Shown here one piece after another: positions 1-10,265 of a stretch of 64,000 nt of DNA; within the stretch, counting starts at the first letter, position 1; every line of letters begins with the position of its first letter. The position numbers were made by a program, and so were the translations under genes. Where the stretch lies: assembly GCA_040386515.1 (NCBI GenBank), contig JAZKFG010000005.1, forward strand, positions 9,313-73,312. The letters are read 5' to 3'. The notes beneath the pieces were generated by a model, which saw nothing but the letters and a program-made list of their open reading frames with translations, was not told the origin of the DNA and ran no database searches. Origin of the DNA: Patescibacteria group bacterium. Its GTDB lineage: Bacteria; Patescibacteriota; Minisyncoccia; Phycocordibacterales; CAIZLB01.

Positions 1-401
1 TTAAGATCAAAAGCGCTAAATGACACTCGAGAAAGCGTTACCGCTGCCAACTGATCAAAAAGTGGAGATACGGCAGTGTGATTTCTCACTAAACCATCAA
101 CTAAATTAAGTCTATCTTGTAGATTTTTAATCTCAGTAATAGTTTCTGTAGTATTACGCTTTTGATATGCAGCAAGATCTTTCTCTGCTTGTGCTTTGGT
201 CGTGTTTGCCAATTTATCAAGGAAAAATACAACACCTCCCGAAACGAGACTACATACGAACAAGAAAAAACAGATAAGCGTTACGAGACTACCCGTAGTA
301 CTGTGACCTCCACTACTCTTTTGTATCTGACCATCCTCAGATACCACGTTATCAAGTGATGATTTTGGTATAAATGAAGTTGTTTGAAATCTTGTTTCCA
401 T
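1..401 (-). CDS. PilN-like type IV pilus assembly protein (3' end outside window)
   Basis: Manual translation from ATG 401: METRFQTTSFIPK..., one TM helix (LVTLICFFLFVCSLVSGGVVFF), then a coiled coil. Directly downstream of pilM. Not in the ORF track because it has no stop in the window. Confidence 0.7.
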   Translation of the reverse strand, partial: METRFQTTSFIPKSSLDNVVSEDGQIQKSSGGHSTTGSLVTLICFFLFVCSLVSGGVVFFLDKLANTTKAQAEKDLAAYQKRNTTETITEIKNLQDRLNLVDGLVRNHTAVSPLFDQLAAVTLSRVSFSAFDL

Positions 402-446
402 ATATATAATATTTTTTTAAATATTCTATTCATTAGTATACCAAAA

Positions 447-1568
447 TCAATCCTGCAATGCACGAAGTGCAAGCCCGATCGCAGGTGCAAATGTTAATCC
501 GGTTGTTTTTAATGCTTCTTGCAAAAAGGCAGGAGTCTCAACTTTAGCAAAAGGCAATGAATATGCAACTTCGCATGCCAAACTTTTTTGCATAAGTTCC
601 AAGAATCCCTTGAGTCCTGAACTACCCCCCGTAAGCAGAACTTTACCGATTGTTTTACTAAACTTTTTTTGAAATGCACTGATTACTGATTGCACTTCAC
701 TCATTACGTATTCTTGATGAATACTGATAAGTTCTAAAATCTTAGCTTCGTCTGCCACGCCACTCTTACCAAGAGATCTCTTTAAATGCTCTGCTTGATC
801 AAATGTAATTCCCAAGCCTTTAGAAATTGAAAACGTAATATCCTGCCCTCCTCGGTTTATTGTGTGAGATGATACAAGCAAACCATTATCAATAATATAA
901 AGCTTCAGACTTGCTGCCCCAAAATCAACAATCATGACAGGACCAGATTCTCCTGAAAGACTCGCTCTGGCTGTTGCAAATGCTTCCACCTCAAAAAAAC
1001 TAGTCTCGAGCTTAGTCTCATTTACAATTGTCGTATAGCTATTAAGAACCTGATTATGAATAGCCACCATAAGTACATGCAGCTTTTTTTGATTTTCCTC
1101 TATTTGTCGAGTAGCATCGTCGTTTGACTCTATAAACTCCAAACTTGTATCTCGTGGCGACGGAATTACAAACCAATCCATTGTGACTTCATTGATTGGC
1201 ACAGGGATATATTTTCGCGCTTCAAGAGGAATCATAGTAGCAAGTTCCGCTTCAGCAACTGGAGGCACATCAATTACACTAACAAGACTAAGTTTAAGTG
1301 GAATAGACATTCCACCTTTAAGGGTTGTAATCTCAGCTTCTTTAATTAAATCCAATATTACAAGGGAAATATCCTTAGGCGACATATTAACAACTTGCCC
1401 AACAGAGAGTTTATTGTACGGTCCAAGACCTAACTCACCGTACGTTTCAAGTACAGCTCGGCCTTTCTTCTTCTTTATTTGCACTATTTTTAGTGACGAA
1501 GAACCTATGTCGATACCTATCACGCTGGTTTCAGGTATGGAAAAAATATTTTTAGTAAAAAAAGACAT
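447..1568 (-). CDS. pilM: Type IV pilus assembly protein PilM
   Basis: Actin-like ATPase motifs IGIDIGSSSLK, VDFGAAS, LLTGGSS; EARKYIP; C-terminal AIGLALR. Confidence 0.93.
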   Translation of the reverse strand: MSFFTKNIFSIPETSVIGIDIGSSSLKIVQIKKKKGRAVLETYGELGLGPYNKLSVGQVVNMSPKDISLVILDLIKEAEITTLKGGMSIPLKLSLVSVIDVPPVAEAELATMIPLEARKYIPVPINEVTMDWFVIPSPRDTSLEFIESNDDATRQIEENQKKLHVLMVAIHNQVLNSYTTIVNETKLETSFFEVEAFATARASLSGESGPVMIVDFGAASLKLYIIDNGLLVSSHTINRGGQDITFSISKGLGITFDQAEHLKRSLGKSGVADEAKILELISIHQEYVMSEVQSVISAFQKKFSKTIGKVLLTGGSSGLKGFLELMQKSLACEVAYSLPFAKVETPAFLQEALKTTGLTFAPAIGLALRALQD

Positions 1569-1649
1569 ACGTTTAGATTATTATACCACTTATATTTTCT
1601 TTATCAAAAATTTACCAAAAGATTATGTGGTGTAGCACATACTTTTGAC

Positions 1650-2270
1650 ATGCCACTCATATATCATACAACATCTGTCAATGAAACCTTAGAGTCTCAT
1701 GTGTATATACGCTCATATAAAGATCCTGAGATAAAAGGAGCTATGCATGCCTATAAGTTCAATGGCGATACAAATGCCAAACAAAGATTTATTCTGTACA
1801 TCTTAGACCTATGTATTATTTTAGGTAATTGCATATATACTTCCCCTCCTTCAACCATGCATGCTCGAGGAGAAAAGAAAGTTGATAGTATGTTTGAGCT
1901 TTTAAAGAGTGCAGTTAGGATTTTGCGGCAATATACGCAAGGCAGTGCTCATGCTGCACAAAGTATATTTTCCATTTCATCAAAATATCTTAAGCATAAA
2001 AAAGCTCAGCATATTGGTGGCACACGAAAAATCCGAACTGCAGATATAGATAAGAGATACACGGTACGTACTGCGTATAAAATAAAACTTTGGATGAGCA
2101 TACACATACGTAAACAAAGGCATTTTTCATACGTAATACTCGACGACGTCTCCTCTACTGGCGCCACACTTATCGCTTGCCGAAATACCTTGTCAACATA
2201 CATGTCAATGATACAAAGAAAAAACCCAGATATTAGTTATAATATCCAGATTTTCTCTATTTTGCATTGA
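1650..2270 (+). CDS. Divergent ComF-like phosphoribosyltransferase-fold protein
   Basis: AYKF motif, Q..G..R segment and PRPP-loop ILDDVSSTGATL. Confidence 0.7.
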   Translation: MPLIYHTTSVNETLESHVYIRSYKDPEIKGAMHAYKFNGDTNAKQRFILYILDLCIILGNCIYTSPPSTMHARGEKKVDSMFELLKSAVRILRQYTQGSAHAAQSIFSISSKYLKHKKAQHIGGTRKIRTADIDKRYTVRTAYKIKLWMSIHIRKQRHFSYVILDDVSSTGATLIACRNTLSTYMSMIQRKNPDISYNIQIFSILH

Positions 2271-2326
2271 AAATTTTTAACGAAAAAAATCTGCATTCGT
2301 GATGGATGGCAATGACAAAATTCGAA

Positions 2327-2368
2327 AAATAAAAAACCCACTTCGCGTAGCGGTGGGCTTTTTTATTT
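2327..2368 (-). terminator. Intrinsic terminator, probably bidirectional
   Basis: CCCAC...GTGGG stem flanked by A and T runs, between convergent genes. Confidence 0.75.
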
Positions 2369-2379
2369 AGAGAATTTTA

Positions 2380-3894
2380 TTAAACGAATGTAAACGCCTT
2401 CCCTGTCCGCCCTGCTCGTCCTGCTCGGCCGATTCGGTGAACGTAGTCATCATGAGTCTGAGGAACAGTATAGTTGATCACGTGTGATACATCTTTTACG
2501 TCAATTCCTCGAGCAGCAACGTCTGTTGCAACAAGAACATCTGATATACCAGTTTTAAACTGATCAAGTGTTCGAGCTCGCTCTCGCTGTCGCTTATCAC
2601 CATGCAAGAATCCTGTTTTAAATCCTGCTTTTTCAAGACCATGTGCAACTTCTTCTACTTCTCTTTTTGTTTCCACAAAGATAATAGTTCTTGTAGCGCC
2701 TTCAGATTTTAACAAGTCGCATAGAGTTTTAAATTTATCTTCTCTTCGTACTTTGATAATATCTTGTTCTACAGTCTTAGTACTTCCTGGAACTGCAATG
2801 TCTACAACATGAGGTTCTTTTTGGAAAGTTTGTACAAGTGCTCGAATCTTTGGCGGCATAGTTGCTGAAAAGAATAGAGATTGTCGTACAGGATTTAGTC
2901 CTTTAAGGATCTCAGTAATATCATCAACAAATCCCATATCAAGCATATGGTCTACCTCGTCAAGAACAACGTTGTTGAACTGACTGTATACAATACATCG
3001 TCGGTGTGCCAAGTCTTTAATTCGTCCTGGTGTTCCGATAATAAAATGGTTTACCATTCGTAGATTTTGAATCTGTCGGAAAATTGGCATACCACCAACG
3101 CACACTGTAGAGAAAATTTTCATTCCTTTTGAGAACTCTTCAAATTCTTTATTGATCTGCATTGCAAGCTCACGTGTTGGAGCAAGAATAATAACTTTTT
3201 GAGTTGGATCTTTTAAAACCTTATCAATAAGCGGTAGTAAAAAGGCAGCTGTCTTTCCTGACCCTGTGTTTGCAAGTCCAAGAACATCTTGTCCTTTTAA
3301 TGCATACATAATAGTCTGGTCCTGAATAGGAGTAGGATTTTCATATCCTTTTTCCTTTAGGTTAGCCTGAACTTGATCTGCAAACTTAAAGTCAGCAAAT
3401 GTATGTTCTACAGATACTTTTTTAGTTTTAGCTTTTGCTTCTTTTTCAAGAGTAGCAACATCTGGTTTATATATAAATTTTGAGTGATCGATTCTTTCGC
3501 CTCGAGCAGGACCTCGTCCTCGTCCGCCGCCAAATCCTCCTCCACTTCTACCACCACCAAATCCACCTCGAGCTGGACCACCAAAACTTGGTCGTCCTGG
3601 TCGAAATGCCGGTCGGTCAAATCCTCCGCCTCGCTGACCTCCAAAATCATTACCGCCTCGTGGCGCGTAATCTCTTGACGGTCTTGGTGCAGCAGAAAAT
3701 CCTCCTCGTGAAAAGGCTGGTTTTGTAGGTGAGACATATGGTCTCGTTTGACGAACAATTCGTGTAGTGCTTGATGCAGTAGAAGGAGTACTTGAGAATC
3801 CTCTCGTTCGTGGTGATATTGATGGTTTTGATTTAAAAGATCGATCGGACGCATCACCTTGAGGCCGAGAGCTTATTCTATTTTTTGAGTACAT
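2380..3894 (-). CDS. DEAD-box RNA helicase with long RGG-rich N-terminal extension
   Basis: Q motif PTPIQ, GSGKT, PTRELA, TPGR, DEVD, SAT, ARGID, HRIGRAGR. Confidence 0.95.
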   Translation of the reverse strand: MYSKNRISSRPQGDASDRSFKSKPSISPRTRGFSSTPSTASSTTRIVRQTRPYVSPTKPAFSRGGFSAAPRPSRDYAPRGGNDFGGQRGGGFDRPAFRPGRPSFGGPARGGFGGGRSGGGFGGGRGRGPARGERIDHSKFIYKPDVATLEKEAKAKTKKVSVEHTFADFKFADQVQANLKEKGYENPTPIQDQTIMYALKGQDVLGLANTGSGKTAAFLLPLIDKVLKDPTQKVIILAPTRELAMQINKEFEEFSKGMKIFSTVCVGGMPIFRQIQNLRMVNHFIIGTPGRIKDLAHRRCIVYSQFNNVVLDEVDHMLDMGFVDDITEILKGLNPVRQSLFFSATMPPKIRALVQTFQKEPHVVDIAVPGSTKTVEQDIIKVRREDKFKTLCDLLKSEGATRTIIFVETKREVEEVAHGLEKAGFKTGFLHGDKRQRERARTLDQFKTGISDVLVATDVAARGIDVKDVSHVINYTVPQTHDDYVHRIGRAGRAGRTGKAFTFV

Positions 3895-3956
3895 TTGCTT
3901 GTATCATAGCACAGTGTAAGACTGTTGACAAGTCCCCCTATATTATGTTGGGGATA

Positions 3957-6179
3957 TTATTCTGGCGTTGTAGCAGAAGGAGTTTCTACGGTTTGAGTTG
4001 GTGTAGGCTCCTGCACTATTGGTTCTGGGACAATAACAGGTTCTACAGATGTTGAAGTACTCACAATCGGTTCAGACTGACTAGGCTGAACAGGTGAAGG
4101 TGTTTGAATATTTACATTAAACCCTCCCCCATTTTGAGCTGCCATTCGTAGAAGGTTTTTGAATTGATCTTTACTAATACACACTTCATCAGAACATACT
4201 TGTCCTTCTACATTTAGCTTTGAATCTTGTTTAACTGTAAATGTAGTATCGTCCGTAAACCATACAGCAATTTTCTCAACTTTTGCTGCCAATTCCTTCA
4301 CCGCATTCACAAGCGCCGCCAATATCGGACGATCAGCAAGAGTAAGAAACCCTCTCGCATCTTCTCCTACAGCTTCAGGAATATTCTCTTGTATGTTTTG
4401 AGCTGAGAACCCAGCATAGTTATTTACCGTGTCATATCCTGTTTCTGGTTTCCATTTATATACAATAGGGTTAATGCCTAGTATTTTATCTAATCCTGTT
4501 TTAAATTCTCCTTGTATATCTTTTAGTCTTTCATCAGATGATACGGTTACGTTACCAAGTGAGTCTACTACTAAGTTTGCTCCTCCACCTACGAGTGAGG
4601 TGAAGCGTATGGTTCCTGAGGCGGTGAGGTTGGCAGAGGGGGTTGAGGTGCCGATGCCGAGTCTACCATCATGAGTAAGTCTCATTTTTTCTGTTCGAGA
4701 TATTGTTCCTGATGCGATTGTTTCAAAAGACAATTCACCTGGAGCTGAAGTTGATGTCCAAGTTTGAGGAGCATATCCAGTAATTGCAGCTGCATTACGC
4801 ATTGATGTGCCATCATTTCCCCCAAATATTAAACCTGCTAATCTATCACCTGTTGCCATCGCTGCACCATCATTTGCATATAACTGTATAAATGAACCAC
4901 TTGAAGGTCCAGTTGCAGCGCTTGATTCACCAACGAATACTGCTCCAGATGATGTATTCCCTACACCAATTCCATTTGATCCCGCACCAGTAAACACACT
5001 AGTCGATGTTGAAATTTGCCCAATTTGTAATTTATATACAGGAGTTGTTGTTCCAATACCTAGATTACCAAGATGATCAAGCCGCATCCTCTCTGCTGGT
5101 GTTGCATTGTTTGCAGTTGAGAAAACTAAAGCACCTTTGTAAGTATTTATATCAGTAATAATTCCAGACATACGAGCAATATCTGTTCGAGTTGTACCTG
5201 TTCTTCGTGCAGTAAACAATATACCCGAACCTGTATTTACAGCCGCAGTTCCTCTGTTATCGAGTCGGAGAAAATCAGGAGCCGATCCACTAACTGAATC
5301 AGTGATATCGAGCTTGTATTCAGGACCTGTGTTGCCGATACCCACCAGTCCGCCGAACGGCGCCATCTGAATAGATCCCTTATTGGATGACAGATCATTT
5401 CCAGGAGCGATTTCGATAACATTATCATCAGCGCCTGCTGAGCGAATTATTGAGGCATTACCTCCATACATTTGCCCTGCACTTTGTTGACCTATAACCA
5501 ACCCTCTCCCTCCTGAATTTGCCCTTTCCAGAAAAATAAATTTATCTTTCGTACCCGTAATATGAATCCCTTGTGTCTTATTTACACCTAAATCAATAGT
5601 AAGTGCAGTGGTTGAACTCGCGGCAGTTGTTGTTCCAATAGCAACATTTCCAGCAGAATAATATGTAGTTGTTCCATTTGCTTGCCATAGAGATACTGAA
5701 GTCCACGTAGTTCCATTTGATGTATATAGAGTGTTGTCAGTAGTATTAAAATATAGTGATCCAGCAGGACCTACTGTTGGCGCAGAACTGTAAGAAAACG
5801 TTCCAAAAGATTTAAGAGCAGTTGGTGCAGCGTTGAGTGAAGTACGTGGAGATAGATCAGTGCCGTTGATATTTACTTGAACATACAGAGCTTGATCGAA
5901 GTTAACTCCTGTAGTATCTGATTCTGTGAATGAAGTACCAAAGTAACCATTAGCAACAGTTACTGTTTTTACAATTGGAGATCCTGTCGTACTTCCTCCT
6001 GAAAGCGAATCATAAAATGTAAATGTTGCGTTAACACTACTACTTAGTGGAGCACCATTACTAAAAAGTTGCCCCTGAAAACCTAAACTCTTTGAGGGTG
6101 ATGCAGCGAAAATACTTGCACTAGAAATAAGCGCAGTGATGAGAAAAGTGGAGATGAGTAATAAAGTTCTTTTCTGCAT
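3957..6179 (-). CDS. Secreted fibre/adhesin with peptidase S74 intramolecular chaperone (paralog A)
   Basis: Signal peptide, GNVGIGT-type repeats, SSDERLK S74 motif, coiled coil, Pro/Thr-rich tail. Confidence 0.85.
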   Translation of the reverse strand: MQKRTLLLISTFLITALISSASIFAASPSKSLGFQGQLFSNGAPLSSSVNATFTFYDSLSGGSTTGSPIVKTVTVANGYFGTSFTESDTTGVNFDQALYVQVNINGTDLSPRTSLNAAPTALKSFGTFSYSSAPTVGPAGSLYFNTTDNTLYTSNGTTWTSVSLWQANGTTTYYSAGNVAIGTTTAASSTTALTIDLGVNKTQGIHITGTKDKFIFLERANSGGRGLVIGQQSAGQMYGGNASIIRSAGADDNVIEIAPGNDLSSNKGSIQMAPFGGLVGIGNTGPEYKLDITDSVSGSAPDFLRLDNRGTAAVNTGSGILFTARRTGTTRTDIARMSGIITDINTYKGALVFSTANNATPAERMRLDHLGNLGIGTTTPVYKLQIGQISTSTSVFTGAGSNGIGVGNTSSGAVFVGESSAATGPSSGSFIQLYANDGAAMATGDRLAGLIFGGNDGTSMRNAAAITGYAPQTWTSTSAPGELSFETIASGTISRTEKMRLTHDGRLGIGTSTPSANLTASGTIRFTSLVGGGANLVVDSLGNVTVSSDERLKDIQGEFKTGLDKILGINPIVYKWKPETGYDTVNNYAGFSAQNIQENIPEAVGEDARGFLTLADRPILAALVNAVKELAAKVEKIAVWFTDDTTFTVKQDSKLNVEGQVCSDEVCISKDQFKNLLRMAAQNGGGFNVNIQTPSPVQPSQSEPIVSTSTSVEPVIVPEPIVQEPTPTQTVETPSATTPE

Positions 6180-6239
6180 GATAAATAAACGTAATATGAC
6201 TATTATTATATCTTTTTTGCGCTCAACTCACAAGAATTT

Positions 6240-7181
6240 CTACAGACTGAACAACGTCTTAGCCGTAAAATACACAACATAAAATCCAACAATCATATAC
6301 GGACCAAAAGGCAGCTCACTCTTAAGTTTCAATGCAGGCAAATATTTTATCAAACGTGCAGTAGTTTTTGATTTAAACAATCGAACATGGAGTGCATTAT
6401 CTTTATTTGAAAAAGCTTCAACAAGCTCTCGAAGAAGCATTATTGCAAGAGCCGCAATACATCCAATCCAGAATGAATAAATAATTGCAGTGAATCCACT
6501 TCCTATTCCAAGTGCCCAGCCAATCACAAGAGCAAGCTTTGCATCACCAAGCCCCATCCATCTTCCTCCCGACACTAGCCATAGTAGTGCAAATGGTAAT
6601 GCGGTTAACAATCCAGAAGAAATACTAAACAAGAAATCTACCGTTCCACTTGTACCAAAGAAAATAAGTGCCAGGAGCATTTTTGCCAAAGCAATGCCTG
6701 ATGCCAAATACACCAATCCATCTGGAATAATCTTATGCTTCATATCGTACACTGCAATAACAATAAAGAGTGCTGCGATTTTAAGATCAAATATTAAAAA
6801 CAAAATCTGAAGCCATGGATGTATTGCCAGCACATCAGTTACCGTTGATGTATCAAACATATGCATTCCGATAAATGAACCTCCGTGTGTTCCAAAGAAA
6901 TACGCATAAAATATACCTGTTAATAAAAATCCAGTGAGTAGTTCTACAGTTGGATATTGTGGAGATACCGCAGAATGGCAGTGTCGGCACTTTCCTTTAT
7001 TTACCACATAACTCAATACAGGAACAAGATCAAGAGGACCAAGTGTTGTGTTGCAAGAAAAACACTTTGATCTACCCTTTGCAATACTGAGGCCGGTATT
7101 ATATCGATAAATTACTACATTTAAAAAACTACCTATTACTATTGAGAAAATAAAGAATGTAAGTATGGCGAAATAAATCAT
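6240..7181 (-). CDS. pilD: Prepilin peptidase (A24)
   Basis: GSFLNVVIYR, two CxxC pairs, YDMKH, MGLGDAKL, LPFGPY. Confidence 0.95.
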   Translation of the reverse strand: MIYFAILTFFIFSIVIGSFLNVVIYRYNTGLSIAKGRSKCFSCNTTLGPLDLVPVLSYVVNKGKCRHCHSAVSPQYPTVELLTGFLLTGIFYAYFFGTHGGSFIGMHMFDTSTVTDVLAIHPWLQILFLIFDLKIAALFIVIAVYDMKHKIIPDGLVYLASGIALAKMLLALIFFGTSGTVDFLFSISSGLLTALPFALLWLVSGGRWMGLGDAKLALVIGWALGIGSGFTAIIYSFWIGCIAALAIMLLRELVEAFSNKDNALHVRLFKSKTTARLIKYLPALKLKSELPFGPYMIVGFYVVYFTAKTLFSL

Positions 7182-7201
7182 GGTTATGAGTATAGCATAT
7201 A

Positions 7202-8092
7202 TTAAATAAGCATCTGAAGATACCGTTCATCATTAATAAGTTCTACCTCTTTATGAATCATATAGTTATAGGCAATATGACTGACTGCATTTTCTAAAAA
7301 ATGAGTTTTGAAATCATTATTTATAGAACCAATATTCACTTCAGAAAATCCAAGAGCAGTGAGCTGCCTTGCTCTTTCAACATATAAAAACACGCCTAGC
7401 TCTGTATACCCTCGTAAAACTTTATTGAACATAGCTAATAATTTTCCATTCAGAGCTGGAACGCAGAGCGTATATCCAACTACTTTTCCTTTATCTAAAA
7501 CTACTCCACCAATTAATTTTGGGTCATTTTGATATTGCTCTAAAAAATATAAATCATTTTGAGTTCTGGCGTATTTATTAAATTCCTCAGATCTTGTTGT
7601 ATTCCATTTTTCTATAAATGCTTTAATTCCCTCTATATGTTCTGGTTTGTATATTTCATACGTTAAGCCAATGTTTTTTCTTATTGCCTGATTGTATTTT
7701 TTACGAATGCTTTTGTTGGTTAGATCTGCAATAGATTGTAATTGAATTTCGTATTCAATATCTGAAATATATGGTTTGTCGGCTGGAATGGTTGAAGTCT
7801 GATTTGCAGCCATATATACTGGCTTAAAATATTGTTTAACAGCAGCAATCATTTCTGTGCTCGGATGATCAAATAAAAAGCGAATGTCGTTTAATTTTTC
7901 TTTATTAACAAGCAAAATATTTTCTGCACCGAACTCTGCAATGTATAAGCTTTTTAAGCTGCGAGTTAGGAATGTGTTTAGTACATATGGCGAGAAAAAG
8001 AAATACGGAAGGTATGAGCGTGATGAAAGAAACTCTTCAAGAATTTGATGAGCGTTTTCGGGTGGGATTTTGGTAATGGTTAGTTCGGACAT
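7202..8092 (-). CDS. GNAT-like / DUF2156-like domain protein
   Basis: RKKYNQ, GKVVGY, FNKVLRGYTELG and VNIG resemble the lysyl-PG synthase C-terminal/DUF2156 fold. Confidence 0.5.
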   Translation of the reverse strand: MSELTITKIPPENAHQILEEFLSSRSYLPYFFFSPYVLNTFLTRSLKSLYIAEFGAENILLVNKEKLNDIRFLFDHPSTEMIAAVKQYFKPVYMAANQTSTIPADKPYISDIEYEIQLQSIADLTNKSIRKKYNQAIRKNIGLTYEIYKPEHIEGIKAFIEKWNTTRSEEFNKYARTQNDLYFLEQYQNDPKLIGGVVLDKGKVVGYTLCVPALNGKLLAMFNKVLRGYTELGVFLYVERARQLTALGFSEVNIGSINNDFKTHFLENAVSHIAYNYMIHKEVELINDERYLQMLI

Positions 8093-8097
8093 TTTTG

Positions 8098-8529
8098 CTA
8101 TTTCATCTTAGTAAACACTCTATCATCCTTACTCTCATCAAGATTCGGCTGCATCTTTTTCCACACCACTTGCATACCTGCATTAGCTGGATAAAAGGTA
8201 AATAACACATCACCCTTCTCATAAGTTGGAAGTGTATTCTTTTCTCCATACGAATCAAAAACCACATCGAATCCACTTCCATTTTGAACTACTGCTGCAT
8301 TAATATCTTTCATTGTCTGAAATCCATCAACTGAAACATGTGCCTTTTCATTCTTTACCGTAACGACATATGACCATGTTTGATTTGGTGGTACGTATTC
8401 TCCAAACTCATATGTTCCATTTGGATTTGAGGTTGCATATCTACTGCACATGTATGCAATAAGTATGGCAATAAGCGCGATAGCTACAGCGACTAGGTTT
8501 ATGATAGTTCGTTTCTTTTTCATTTTCAT
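8098..8529 (-). CDS. Membrane-anchored protein (DUF5991-like)
   Basis: N-terminal TM; GTYEFGE...VDGFQT...YEKGDVLFT pattern. Confidence 0.5.
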   Translation of the reverse strand: MKMKKKRTIINLVAVAIALIAILIAYMCSRYATSNPNGTYEFGEYVPPNQTWSYVVTVKNEKAHVSVDGFQTMKDINAAVVQNGSGFDVVFDSYGEKNTLPTYEKGDVLFTFYPANAGMQVVWKKMQPNLDESKDDRVFTKMK

Positions 8530-8580
8530 ATATTCGATTATACCATATCAAGAAACCTATAAATCTGCTATGCTCTCTAC

Positions 8581-9168
8581 ATGAACATAACTTCAGCTAC
8601 ATTTGTCCGAGGATGCACTCATGACACAAACCTCATACAAGACAACATTCCTCAAATAGCCTTTATTGGCCGATCAAATGTCGGCAAGTCTTCAGTGATC
8701 AATTCTCTCGTAGGAAGAAAAGCTCTAGCTCGATCTAGTTCAACTCCAGGCTTTACAAAAGAAGCTAATTTCTTTTTGATAAATGAAAACACATACATTG
8801 TCGATCTTCCAGGATACGGATTTGCCAAAGGATCAAAGTCTGACCAAGAAAAAATTATGCGACTTATTCAGTGGTATGTGTTTCATCCTGATCTTGAACA
8901 AAAAAAGATTGTATTAATTCTTGATGCAAAAGTAGGACCATCACCTCAAGATGTTGAGACACTTCGACAGCTTGAAGAAGCAGGTAAAGATATTGTGATC
9001 GTTGTAAATAAAGTAGATAAGGTAAAGCAAGGAGAACTAAATAAAACACTTAAAGTAATTGATAGTGTTGTTGGAGGCCATACAGTTATTCAATACTCTG
9101 CTGAGAAAAAGATCGGCGTTGATAAGTTACGAGAGGTCGTATTTACAACAGTTAATGATATACTGTAA
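8581..9168 (+). CDS. engB: Ribosome biogenesis GTPase YihA/YsxC
   Basis: GRSNVGKSS, DLPGYG, NKVD. Confidence 0.95.
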   Translation: MNITSATFVRGCTHDTNLIQDNIPQIAFIGRSNVGKSSVINSLVGRKALARSSSTPGFTKEANFFLINENTYIVDLPGYGFAKGSKSDQEKIMRLIQWYVFHPDLEQKKIVLILDAKVGPSPQDVETLRQLEEAGKDIVIVVNKVDKVKQGELNKTLKVIDSVVGGHTVIQYSAEKKIGVDKLREVVFTTVNDIL

Positions 9169-9170
9169 AA

Positions 9171-9683
9171 ATGTTTAAACTCGTTAAAATCTTTTTAATT
9201 TGTGGAGTAATATGTATAGGTCTCATTACCTTAATTGGAATGAGCGGTGATACAGAATCTGATGAACCAGTATATAAAGTACATAATTCAGAAGAGATGC
9301 ATAAAGTTATTAACACTCTGATCGAAACAGGCACTCCTGCAGATTGTAAAAGAATGAAAGCGCCGTGGTTTACATTTTCAGATGAAGCATTAAATCCAGA
9401 ATTAAATTGCATTTGGAAATTTGCAAAGGCAAAAAAAGATGTGTCTATATGTAAGCTAATACCCAGCGAACAATTAAACTCATACGAACGTTTTTGCATT
9501 GGCGATGTTGTCCGTATCACTAAGAATGTAAAAGATTGTGATCAATTTTCTGACACAATCAAAGATGGGTGTATTTCCGAAGTTTCTCAAGCAATACCGG
9601 ATAGATTAATATGTAAAAATATTACGACACCTGATACACAAAAAGGATGTGAAATGGTTTGGGATAATATTTTTAACCAATAA
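9171..9683 (+). CDS. Membrane-anchored Cys-rich repeat protein
   Basis: N-terminal TM followed by regularly spaced Cys pairs (e.g. ICKLI...RFC, DCDQF...DGC). Confidence 0.7.
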   Translation: MFKLVKIFLICGVICIGLITLIGMSGDTESDEPVYKVHNSEEMHKVINTLIETGTPADCKRMKAPWFTFSDEALNPELNCIWKFAKAKKDVSICKLIPSEQLNSYERFCIGDVVRITKNVKDCDQFSDTIKDGCISEVSQAIPDRLICKNITTPDTQKGCEMVWDNIFNQ

Positions 9684-9695
9684 AGCACTACTTGC

Positions 9696-10259
9696 CTAAG
9701 CATTATACAATCTCACGCGTATAGTATTTCCTGAGAAATGATTGGTGAATTTCTCAACGTCTATTTCAACAGCTTCCCATTCCCTCTCTCCATATGAAGA
9801 TGTATGATGAACAATTAATGAGATTATTTTTCCATCTTCTTCTACATATCCAATCACAGGAACTAAGTGTCCTGTTTTTTGATTATCAATAAATGCAGGA
9901 CCAATTGAAACTATAAATATATTATCTTGGTCAATGTATCTTTTAAATTCTTGAATATCTTCAATTTTCATTCTCCCTGCATCAATTCCTCTATCATTGA
10001 ATTCTTTTGCTATTTTATGATGTATACAACCTACACCTAATTTGTATACTCCTTTTTCTTCCATTTCCTCTATAAGCGATGCGAATAATTGATCTTTATA
10101 TTTATCATGCAAATTAAAAACCATTTTCATACAGGCAATTCCGCATACTCTGTTTTCCCACTGTAATGCATGTTCTTTGTCTTTAAATCCTCTTTCCTGC
10201 CACTCGTGACTTGAGCGCTGTGAGAAAAATGGAATTATATGTATGACTTTCTTTTTCAT
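9696..10259 (-). CDS. Peptidase C39-like cysteine protease
   Basis: IPFFSQ, CGIACMKM (catalytic Cys), GHLVPVIGY (His). Confidence 0.8.
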   Translation of the reverse strand: MKKKVIHIIPFFSQRSSHEWQERGFKDKEHALQWENRVCGIACMKMVFNLHDKYKDQLFASLIEEMEEKGVYKLGVGCIHHKIAKEFNDRGIDAGRMKIEDIQEFKRYIDQDNIFIVSIGPAFIDNQKTGHLVPVIGYVEEDGKIISLIVHHTSSYGEREWEAVEIDVEKFTNHFSGNTIRVRLYNA

Positions 10260-10265
10260 ATTCGA

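Noticed and set aside
3957-6179. Prophage suggested by tail-fibre S74 domains
   Set aside because: No capsid, terminase, portal or integrase genes; the proteins have signal peptides and are dispersed among housekeeping genes.
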